Positions 9,714 to 20,514 of a stretch of 64,000 bases of DNA are shown in pieces. This DNA comes from Octopus sinensis (Eukaryota). The position numbers and the translations under genes were made by a program. The stretch lies in contig NC_042998.1 of NCBI RefSeq assembly GCF_006345805.1, forward strand, positions 78,120,001 to 78,184,000. Direction: 5' to 3'. The number at the start of each line of letters is the position of its first letter. Position 1 is the first letter of the stretch. The notes under the pieces are model-generated. The model was not told where the DNA came from. It saw only the letters and a program-made list of their open reading frames with translations, and ran no database searches.

Positions 9714-11615
9714 GTGTGTTGTGAGTTATTTTTTGCATGTGAAACTTTGGAAAAAAACTGTTAAAAAATTGTCAAAAATTGAATCGCGCGAGGCGTTTGC
9801 CGCTGCGTGTTTGAACCTTTTATAGAAGGTGTGTCGACCCTCAAGTCATGGAGACTTACGCGCGGGTCGCCACAACAAAAAGTGACGAGTCACTTAGAAT
9901 AAAAAGAAGTGTTCTTTAGAAAAGACAATTGAAGGATACGAGAAGTTCGTCAAAAGGGAGGGTGACAGCGTGAAGCTGGTCCCGCCTGTGGAAACAATAG
10001 AAGAGAAAAATAACAAGACGATAACGTATAGAACGCAAGATAGAAACACGAGAAAACTGGTGAGAGTGACGATTGAAGAAATAGAGAAATGTCTGGGGGA
10101 CATCATGAAAAAAGCGACTTTTGTAGACAGAGGAAGAAATATGGTACGGTGGAGGTGAGATGCGCAACAAAGGAAGTGGCGGCCTCATTGGCTTCCACTG
10201 TCCTGAAAGCGGAAAATTTCACCATGTGGCCGACGTATAAAGGAAGACGAGGGGTACGGGTAAGAGTCCCAAAGGTGCCCCCAAATATTAAAACAGAAAT
10301 GCTGGTAACAGCCATTATTGGGGCAGCAAAAGAGGAAGTAGAAATAGGGTCAATTAAGGAGACGAACGTTGTAAATTGGAAGGGATTCGGAGTAGAGTTG
10401 TGGCTGATGGCCACAATGGAAGACATCGAAAGATTTCCCTTCCAAATAGAAATAGAAAACGAGAAAACAATTAGTGTAATAGTGGAAGGCAGAAAACCGA
10501 ATTGCTACCTGTGCGGTTCAAGAGGGCACAAAAAAAGGAATGTCCGCTGTATGAATTCACAGCGGAGCAAAAAGAGACACAAAGTGGAGAGAAGGAAAAC
10601 GAACACGAAGGAAAGAACAGCGAAAACAAGGAAAAGAAATAACGGAGAAACAACAAGAGAAGGGAAGTAACAGCGCACTGAAGGAAAATGAAAACAAAGG
10701 GAAGAAGATAGTAGAAAAGGAGCAAAATTCACAGGGTGCAGAAGTAGTGGAGAAGGCCAAGGCAGAAGCAAGAGAAAGAAAAGGAAAGTACATTAAAGGA
10801 AAGAGAAAAAGCAGGAAAAGAACAAGAGAAGGAACAGAACCAAGAGAAAGGAAAAGATGGTATGCAAAAAGGAAAAGAAACAACAGGAAAGGAACTTAAG
10901 GCACAGGGTAGAGAGACGGCAGACAAAGAGCCAAAAAGACAAGAGAAGGAAAAAGAAAGAAGAGAAAGCAAAAAGAGAGAAAGAGAGAAACCGAGAGAGG
11001 GAAAAAAGAGGAAGTAAGTCCTAAGAGAAAAACTAGAGAAAACGTAGGTACGAATAGAAAATTCAAATACTATGGAACGTTGATCCATCACAGGCACTGT
11101 GAGGAGATGGAAGATTTAATAAACGTAACAAACGGATATACGTGGGTCAGGATGGGCACCGAATGGAAAGAAACAGGTGCACTCGTCCACGAGAACGACG
11201 CCGAGGCGTTCATCGAGGCAGCTGGCGAGAACGTGTCAAAACATATGAAATGCCGACTTACAAGGTGGCCTCGAACAATGGAAGTTTACTCAGATTTGGT
11301 AGACATAATGGAGTATATATAAAAGAAAAGGTATTGTGAAAACTTTAATTTGGAAATGATAAAAAGAACTTTAAATTCTGGAAAAAAAAAAGAAATGTTG
11401 AACTTTGTAAAACTTTTGAAATGTATGTTAAAAATGAAAAAAATGTTTTATTTGGAAAATATTGTTGACGAATAAAAATAAATGACGAAATGTAACCGCT
11501 CGATTTCGGGGATCGAGTGGGCATTGCACCACATTGTACAAACTTCATAATTCATTATTCATCTTCCCGATTGTATTGTCCCATCTATGTAGCCCCTAGT
11601 GGGTAATAATAAAAG
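9714..11615 (+). mobile_element. ORF1-only (HAL1-like) non-autonomous L1/Tx1 derivative
   Basis: GT-rich 5' end; ATG 9848 to TAA 11322 (frameshifted) with RGRKYGTVEV and zinc knuckle VEGRKPNCYLCGSRGHKK..C, a K/E-rich linker and a distinct C-terminal domain; no ORF2; 3' tail nearly identical to that of the LINE at 16790-16836. Confidence 0.8.
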
Positions 11616-14600
11616 AGGAGGAAATCTATTTTTTGCGTTATTAGTAAGTTGATATATATTTTTGCTCTCGTACTATTATCTCTGTTATTATATACTGTTG
11701 GTCTACCTGTTTTTGTCTATTGTTGTCTAACGGACGAAGTCAGCCTTCGCGCGAAGACTTCGCGTTGGTGTTCCCCCCCTCATGGGGAAAACTACAATTA
11801 ATTTGGATTTACCAAAGGCTTGTTAAAGCCATTTGTTCAAGATGGAGTCCCCCATCTCTTATTCGCCCGTGACGAGCGAGGATGAATACCCGGCGTTGTC
11901 GCCAAGAAAAGAAGAGGCGTTGTCGCCAAGAAAAGAAGAAGCGTTGTCGCCGAAGAAAAAAGAGGCGGCGTCGCCCAGAAAAATGGAAAACTAGTACCAG
12001 CATCACTCCAGCAAAAAAATTCGCTGAAGTGGCTGGAAAAAGATCAAAAAAATAAATATAGAAAATTTTAAAAAAATTTGCAGACTGTGTAAAAAACGAA
12101 GGCACAGAAGTGACTGTGGCCACAAACATACAAATACATGACGATATAGAAAAAAAAAGAATAATATATAAAACTTACGACACAACGAAAAAAATGATCC
12201 AAAAATCGAAGAAAAAAAAAAAAAAAAGAGTCTTGTCTAAAACCTTTTATGGATAAAATAACGTATATAAACAGAGGAAAAAGATACGGCACAGTGGAGG
12301 TTGCGTTTACTACGGAGGAGATAGCGAAGAAACTATCGATGGAGCCAATCAAAGCGGAAACATTGTCTTACTACCATTGTATAAAGGAAAAGGACGTCGA
12401 AAATTTCGATGAACAACATTCCGCCAGAGGCAGATGCTGAATGTCTGGTGGCAGCAGTGATGGTAGGTCTGGAGGAAAAAATAAACATCCTCCAGGCCAC
12501 AGTGGAGGAAGAGGAGTTCTGGAAAGGGCAGAAAATAGTGATAGCCATTCAGGCGGAGGTGCAAACACTGGAAGAAATTCCAGAAACGGTAAAGATTAGT
12601 GAAGACGAGAAAATAACAGTTTCGTGGAGGGCAGGAAGCCGAGGTGCTTCGGCTGCGGCAAGAAGGGTCATGTAAGGGCGGAATGCCAACCCCAACCCAA
12701 ACCGCAGGAAGCACCTAAGCCAAAAGAAAAAAGAAGATAATGTGTCACCAGAAGCAGCGTCGGACGGCCCAGAAGGGAAGACTGAAGGTGTGGAGGTGAC
12801 GGTGACAGCAGAACCAGCGGCGGAGGAAAAAAGAGCGAGGAAAAGATAAATGAGGAGGGGTGGGCAAAATTACCGGAAAAAAAAAAGAAAAACGGAAACC
12901 ACCCCTCCCAGAGTAATTTTAAAAAGAAAAAAGAGTCAATGAACTCGTATATGGCCGTAAAGGCAGCAAATAGCAGACTCGGAAACGTGTTGGCAGCCAT
13001 GGCCAAAGTGGAGAAAGTAGTGAAAAAAAACGACTTTGTAATTTACAGAATAGGCCGGAAGGATTACGGGCGATAAAGTCAGAATTCTTCCATGACGTAG
13101 GCCCACTTAGATTGTATGTGACATCTCCACATATATTCGAGGGCCTACGTCAGACTCCCCCACGAGGCCCAGAAAAAGAGTTAGAAGAACAAGAGAAAAC
13201 CGAACCACTGATATAAGGTAAGTAATGGATTACATTTATGTTGGTTGTTTGAATGTGCGCGGCCTGGGAGCAGGCTGGAAGCAAGGTCGCTTCCTGCATG
13301 ATATCAGGTCGCGTAATTTAGATGTTATTGTTGCTACAGAAACCCGGTTAGAGGGGCCAAGAGGTCTACTCCCGCTGTTTGACGGCTACGAGAGTTTTTT
13401 TCTCTCCTGGCAGTCCTACAGGCGGGAGTGGGGTGTTGGTCCTATTAAAAAGAAACCGGGTTTCTGAGAAAAAGTTATTTTTGCAGATCCAGAAGGTAGG
13501 CTGGTCGTCATGGATTTGACGTTCAGTAATGGTAAAGTTATCAGACTGGTTGCAATTTACGCACCCAACCATACAGGGCAAAGTGATTATTTTCGTGAAC
13601 TAGAAAACTTTCTTGGTACTTCGCATTCATTAGTGGTGCTAGGAGACTTTAACACAATTTGCAAGCGGATGTAGATTATGTTGGCTCGTGTCCAGATAGA
13701 AAAGGCAACAGTGGCTTCATGGAACTGCTAAGCCGCTTTGAGCTAGCAGATCCTTATAGGCTGGAATTTCCGAACGCTCCATTGTGGACATGGTCAAACA
13801 GCGACGGATCTTCCAGGTCATATTTAGATAGAATACTAATTAGAAAAGTAGACAGTAAATAGCTAAGTGTCCACAGTTTTCCCGATCAGCTACAGTGATC
13901 ATAAAATGGTCACTTGTAAGCTTGACATAGATAAGGTTAAAAATAGAGGATCCGGGTACTGGAAACTTATACGTCCCTTTTGGCGATTAAGGAGTACAAA
14001 GACCGGATTAGGAATATAATTCAGAGGGCACTATCTGGTACCATCATTAATAACAAATGGTGGTACGCCTCAAACGAGCCATCAAGTTTGAGTCTATTAG
14101 ATATAGCATAGGAGTAGTGGCTAGAGAGGCTAGAAGGGAAACTACTCTAGTTAAGGAATTAGAGGAAGCCATGAAAACTGCTCTGCGGCTCAGGTGGCGT
14201 CCAAGAGACTGGTGTTAACCAGCACCTCGAGGCCAAACACATGGGCTGCATTGTCAGGGCTAGAATCCGCCATATGGGATGTGAAGGAATCAACGCCGTG
14301 AGATGGGCCCGAGTGGTGGAAGCTCAGCATGGTACGATGCCACGATTCGATCTTTGACGAACCAACAAGGTGAGTTGATTAAACGACCCCGAGGAGATGT
14401 GTGAGGCCTTTCAGGAACACTTCGCTCAGCTTTTCGGTGAGTGCAGGGACTGGATAGGAGAGGGGCCTTTACGGACCTACTCGACGGCTGCCGCGCTTAT
14501 CGGGGCGAGATGCGGAGGGCTGTGAAGGGCCAATCACGCCTGAGGAGGTGGTTGAGGCAATGGCGGACTGCGGCGCGGGCAAGGCGCCGGGTTTGGATGG

Positions 14601-16837
14601 TCTACCCTATGAGTTATATAAGAGTATGCCAGACTTGTTCGGCACCTACTGGCGGAGGTCTATGCGAACTGGCAGCAGAACGGGCTTATACCCGATCTGT
14701 GCGCCGGGGAGTAGTGACTCTCGTCAGAAAGGACCCGAGCAAGGGGGAGTGCATTGATAATTTCAGGCCCATCACTCTGCTAAACACAGAGTTGAAGATT
14801 TTGGCCAAAGTGTTATCGGAAAGATTGGCGGCGTGTCGCGGATGGTCTGATCGGAGAGGCACAGACATGTGCCGTTCCAGCAGATCCATTCAGGATAATC
14901 TCCATCTAATGCGGTACACTATAGAGGGGTTTTAATAGTGATTCTGGCAAGGGTGGGGCACTGGTCCAATTAGACCAATCTAAAGCTTTTGATAGGGTCG
15001 ACCATCGTTACCTGGTATCTGCCCTGGCACAGTTCGGCTGAGCCTTGGCTTCCTCAGGTGGATTATCCAAATGTATGATAACATCGACTCGTAGTTCGGG
15101 TGAACGGCTTCTTGTCGAAGCCGTTCAAATCAAACGCTCGGTTCGTCAAGGGTGTCCGCTCTCCCCGGCTTTTGTACGTGATGGCTCTTGAGCCATTACT
15201 GCGAAAACTGAGCGGCATCCCGAGACAGCCAGGTAATGGAAAATCAGTGTCAGCGTACGCGGATGACATCACCATCATCGTAACCGAAATGGACCACCTA
15301 TGTAAAGTAGGCAAGGCCATAGAGGTTTACGAGACGGGACAGGAGCAAAAGTTTCGCGAAAAGTCAGTCGGCTTGCAACTCGGCACCTGGAGAGGCAAGT
15401 CGATGCCTCCTGACAGCGTCGTGGGACGTTGGACGGAGGGTCCGATTAAACTGCTAGGGGTCTGGTTCGGTCCAGACCTCCAAATAGAGAAGAATTGGGG
15501 CGAGGTAACGAGCAAGGTGGCTGCAGTAGCCAAGACCTGGTCTTGGCGGTGGCTATCCCTGAAAGGGAGGCGGAGGTGGCCAATGTGTTTATCGCATCGG
15601 TTATCACCTATCGCCTTTCCGTCGTTCCTTGCCCTGATTCGTGGTTGATCAAGTTGGAAAGACAGCTCTTCTACTTCTTTGTGAAGGGCGGGAAACCACT
15701 TGTGAAACGCTCTACTTGCTGTCAACAACCGTTAAAGGGTGGGCTAGTGATGCCTTGGCTGATGATGCGCAGACATGCGCTGAGGTTAGAACGTCTGTGG
15801 CTCTACCTGGATGGTGAACGGGTGTGGTCTTCGCTAGCAAAACTGATGTTTCCCAAGTTCACTAGTTTCGGTGGATGGGAAACCTGGCTGAATCGTAGAT
15901 CGAAACTTGGTACTTGGTACACGGAGTGTCGCAAGGCTCTCCTGCTATTCCGTCGCTCGGGCAACGCCTGCGGTGGGGGTTCCACCACATTCTTCTATAG
16001 AGGGTTGGTAGAGGCGGAATGTGAAGATACCTTGGGGGAAACCCTAGGTCTCGACGATAATCAGCTGGCCAGACGTACGTTCGAGCCGAGGACACTGGAC
16101 AACTTCCAGAAGTCTCTGGCATGGCAATGCTACAGAGGAGCTCTACCTGTTCGGGATAAACTCGCAAGGCACGGTGGCCAAGACAGTCCGATATGTCCAA
16201 GATGCGGGCGGGATAGGGAAACGTCCCGCACGCTATTGTTCATTGTCTCCGGAGTGTCTGAGGTGTGGGTTTATGCCGAACACCTGTTGTCAGGTACACG
16301 AAGAGTACAGCTGTCGACTGAGTCGATTACAAAAATTGACCCACCGGATTTCCTCGTGAATGAAGGTAAGTTTCGTTTTCTCGTTGTAGTAGCAATTGCG
16401 AAAGAGGTGATATGGAAGACGAGAATGAAAGGTTTACAGTCAGGCAAGTTCATCTCCGGCCCTGGTTTGGATGATTATTCATCTTTCACCTGAAAAGGAA
16501 GATAGGGCTGGAGAGAATATGCCTGACTAGGAGAGTGTATGAAGAACGATGGAAGGATGTAGCACGAAAGTTGCGAGTGAAAGATACAACATAAATGTAA
16601 TACCAAGCGCAACCAAAAGTATCAGTGGGAGGCGGGGCTCGTGGGGTCCGAGCTAAACCCGCACCCACTCCACCCGAACGTCTTCCGGTCTGTCCCATCA
16701 TTCGATTTCTGTCATTTATTGTAATTCATGAAAAATTTTAAAATTCGATTTATTGTAAAAACCCATTCGTGTGTCTGACCCCATCATCAGATTGTATTGT
16801 CCCATCTTTGTTCGCCCCTTGTGGGTAATAATAAAAC
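11616..16837 (+). mobile_element. Near full-length L1/Tx1-clade LINE (ORF1 plus ORF2, multiple frameshifts)
   Basis: ORF1 from ATG 11842 with CFGCGKKGHVRAEC knuckle; ORF2 13225-16594 with APE (GCLNVRGL, ATETRL, LGDFN, SYLDRI, SDH), RT (GKAPGLDGLP, FRPITLLNTELKILAK, SAYADDIT) and zf-RVT (CPRCGRDRET); A-rich tail. Confidence 0.95.
11893..11985 (+). repeat. 24-bp tandem repeat in ORF1 5' end (ALSPRKEE x3-4)
   Basis: GCGTTGTCGCCAAGAAAAGAAGAG repeated in tandem. Confidence 0.85.
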
Positions 16838-17150
16838 AACATGAAGGAAAGCACCTTCGAAAAGTGACTTGGTGCGACTATGAAAGGTATCTAATCAGAG
16901 GCGGTAAATTCTCCACAATAGAAGCAAGGTTCGAGTCAACGGAGCGTGCAAGGGAGTACTCGACTCGAACGTACAAAGTGGAAATATTTTATTATTACCT
17001 TTATTTCTGGGATAAGGACGTCCCGGAAAAAATTTTTAAATGCCCCCCCCCCCCCCCGAACTAGAGGTATGCAGGATTGTAGCCACACTTCTATACAAGA
17101 GGAAGGACAAGATACAATTGATTGAAATTACAAGAGACGGGCTAACAATT
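16838..17150 (+). pseudogene. Older L1/Tx1-family ORF1, 3' continuation
   Basis: FEK*LGATMKGI / IRGGKFSTIEARFESTERARE parallels IEKCLGDIMKKATFVDRGRKYGTVEVRC. Confidence 0.6.
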
Positions 17151-17292
17151 CCAGTCTGTTATATATTTTGAGTATTGTTATCACTAGCGATATCAAGATA
17201 TAACTTTGTATTTCGTATTTTATGTGTAGATGTATATATATATAGATGTACATGTAATATGTACACATATATATATACACATATATACATGC

Positions 17293-17334
17293 ACTAGTAC
17301 TATGACCCGGCAAAGACGGGTCTTTAATGCTAGT
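17293..17334. mobile_element. Helitron-like terminal hairpin flanked by CTAG on both sides
   Basis: ACTAGT-actat-GACCCG(gcaaaga)CGGGTC-tttaatg-CTAGT. Confidence 0.45.
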
Positions 17335-19004
17335 ATATATATATATACATAGATGTGTACAACTAAATGCAGGCATCGACATGTGCATAAAGCATGCATT
17401 TATGCATTTATGTACGTAATTAAAAATATATAGAAATAGTGAATGTAAAAACATTGAAATGAGAAAAGTTCTTTCCCCCTTTTGTACATATGCGCAGTAT
17501 CGAAGGGAATGATAATGTATTTAAATATAATATAATATTCTGATGCAGTAATCTAATGCAGTGAAAATGACTGTTTCAGTTTAACGCCAAGTGAGTCTAC
17601 GGAAACTTTAAGTTTTTACTCTCACATTGAAACATTGCGCTTGATTTCTTTTCGAAGTATAAAATATATAACAATTATTTACTTGGGGTATTTTCCATCG
17701 GCTGTACTCTTCGTCTAAACAGGCTTTGTAATAAAATGGAATCAATTTGCCGCTGTTGTAAATAAATGTTAATTCATACTGCCATGCTACAATTTATTCC
17801 AGTATTGTCATTTCTGTGAGAATTTATCCTTCATTCTGCCATTGTGTAGAATGGAAGCATCTGGTACACCGCTGATGTAGATGTCTTCTAGTGCTTGTAC
17901 AAACCAATGCGTGTTATATGTTACAAGCCGAGTACAAAGATTTGGTACAAAGAATGGAACAATAAGCTTTGAAAACTGTTGAAACGCAACTCACACCAAT
18001 GGATTAGTTATATGGGATTTAAAATATGCTATATAAGGGCTGAAAATATGCGATTCTTTGTCTCATATTTACGATTGTGAATGTATGGTTGCGGTGTCAT
18101 TTGCAAAACAGTTTGGCGAAGTTGTCTGAGAGTGATCTATTCGAAAGGAATTATGGACGAAGTTCGGTATGAAACTTCGAATATGAAATACCCACTTCTG
18201 GACTGCATATGAATATTTTGGCTGTTGGACCACTACAGTAACAGTTGGATGTGTTGAGAGAAATTCCGCTCGAGGTGAGTGCAGAAGAGTGGAGTCGGCA
18301 CGCACTCATCATTACATAGTGATTCATATTGATTCATATAGAACATTCGCAGACTCAGAGACATCGGAAATCGTATTATTTAGTGACATTTTCAGAAAAT
18401 AGCAGGACATTCATTTCCAGAAAAGATCAGTGCGCTTGCAATTCAGCACTTGAAGAGCCAAGCCCATGCCAACGAGTAGCAGTTTTCTCATTCGTCGAAG
18501 CAACGATTTAGTTAACATGTTTGACATCTGGTTCGCTCCAGACATGTAGATGGGTTTTAACTAGAATGAGATAACGAGTAGAGTGACCATTCTCATTGGA
18601 AAATGATTTGAGAAGCTATCAAATACTGGAAAATGTTTCGAGCAGAACCTATCGGCAGTTCGGGAATATAGTACGGCCTGACTACTCTTTCTTGCCATAG
18701 CTTCTATCCTACCCGCGTATGCACATTAATTTTTCCGGTCAGAAACTTCATTCGATGTTAAGCTTTTCTGGTCTACGAGCGTAGTATTTATTGATGCATT
18801 GTCATAAACTGAAGTTCCTCTATCTCCATAGATTTCTTGATGGTGAGTAGGTATCATATATATTTATAAAGTAGGTCATGTGATGGTCCGTCAATTTGTT
18901 GGAACTGCAGTTCTGGTTCAAGCGGAATCCCGTCGGAAGTTCGCGTAACTTCCAACATTCTAAGGATTCAGCCAACTCGCTGCCCTAATTATAATAATAA
19001 TGAT

Positions 19005-19036
<32 letters not shown>

Positions 19037-19040
<4 letters not shown>

Positions 19041-19415
19041 CAGCCAAAGCCGACTATAGTAACCTTTAGGAAAGACAAACAAGAGTGCCTAATAATCGAC
19101 GTAGCAGTGCCAGGAGATCAGTATATCATCATGGAAGAAAGAGAAAAAGTTAATAAATATGGAGACCTGAGAATTTGAGATCACTAAGATGTGGCAGTAC
19201 GAGAGTCAAACATAAAGGTTATCCCTATTGTCATCAGAGTACTGGGTTCAATACCACCCAATCTGAATAAACAAACATCTGTAAACCTTAGAGATACCCT
19301 AAAATCTAGATGTATTACTTGGGACTGGACGCATATTGAGTTAAGTACTGTCTGTCTCAGGTCCTTGTGACTTGAAAACAGTACTGCACTGGCTCACATG
19401 ACTTCTGATCTTAAC
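19037..19415 (+). mobile_element. R4/Dong-like LINE 3' fragment (RLE domain plus 3' UTR) adjacent to (TAA)n
   Basis: KPTIV..KQECLIIDVAVPGDQ..EREKVNKYGDLR..KVIPIVIRVLGSIP is a PD-(D/E)xK RLE signature. Confidence 0.8.
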
Positions 19416-19469
19416 TGATGCTAAGCATTTTGCCCGACCTGGTAATGTTTCTGCCAGTTCATCGCCTTA

Positions 19470-19511
19470 ATAACAACAACAACAACAATAATAATAGTTA
19501 TAATAATAATA

Positions 19512-19545
<34 letters not shown>

Positions 19546-20406
19546 CGATGACGATGACGATGACGATGATGATGATGATGATGATGATGATAATAATTAT
19601 TATTATGATAATAATAATGATGATGATAATAATTATTATTATGATAATAATAATGATGATGATAATAATTATTATTATGATAATAATAATGATGATGATA
19701 ATAATTATTATTATGATAATAATAATGATGATAATAATAATTATTATTATGATAATAATAATGATGATGATAATAATTATTATTATGATAATAATAATGA
19801 TGATGATAATAATTATTATTATGATAATATAATGATGATGATAATAATTATTATTATGATAATAATAATGATGATGATAATAATTATTATTATGATAAAA
19901 TAATGATGATAATAATTATTATTATGATATAATAATGATGATGATAATAATTATTATTATGATAATAATAATGATGATGATAATAATTATTATTATGATA
20001 ATAATAATGATGATGATAATAATTATTATTATGATAATAATAATGATGATGATAATAATTATTATTATGATAATAATAATGATGATGATAATAATAATTA
20101 TTATTATGATAATAATAATGATGATAATAATAATTATTATTATGATAATAATAATGATGATAATAATAATTATTATTATGATAATAATAATGATGATAAT
20201 AATAATTATTATTATGATAATAATAATGATGATAATAATAATTATTATTATGATAATAATAATGATAATAATAATAATTATTATTATGAATAATAATAAT
20301 AATAATTATTATTATTATGATAATAATAATAATAATAATAATTATTATTATGATAATAATAATAATAATTATTATTATTATTATGATATATAATAATAAT
20401 AATAAT

Positions 20407-20460
<54 letters not shown>

Positions 20461-20510
20461 TATTATTATTATAATAATAATAATAATATTATTATAATAT
20501 TATTATAATA
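19470..20510. repeat. Compound (TAA)/(GAT)/(TAT) satellite with 36-bp higher-order unit
   Basis: Unit GATAATAATTATTATTATGATAATAATAATGATGAT repeated about 20 times between 19585 and 20290. Confidence 0.95.
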
Positions 20511-20514
20511 ATAA

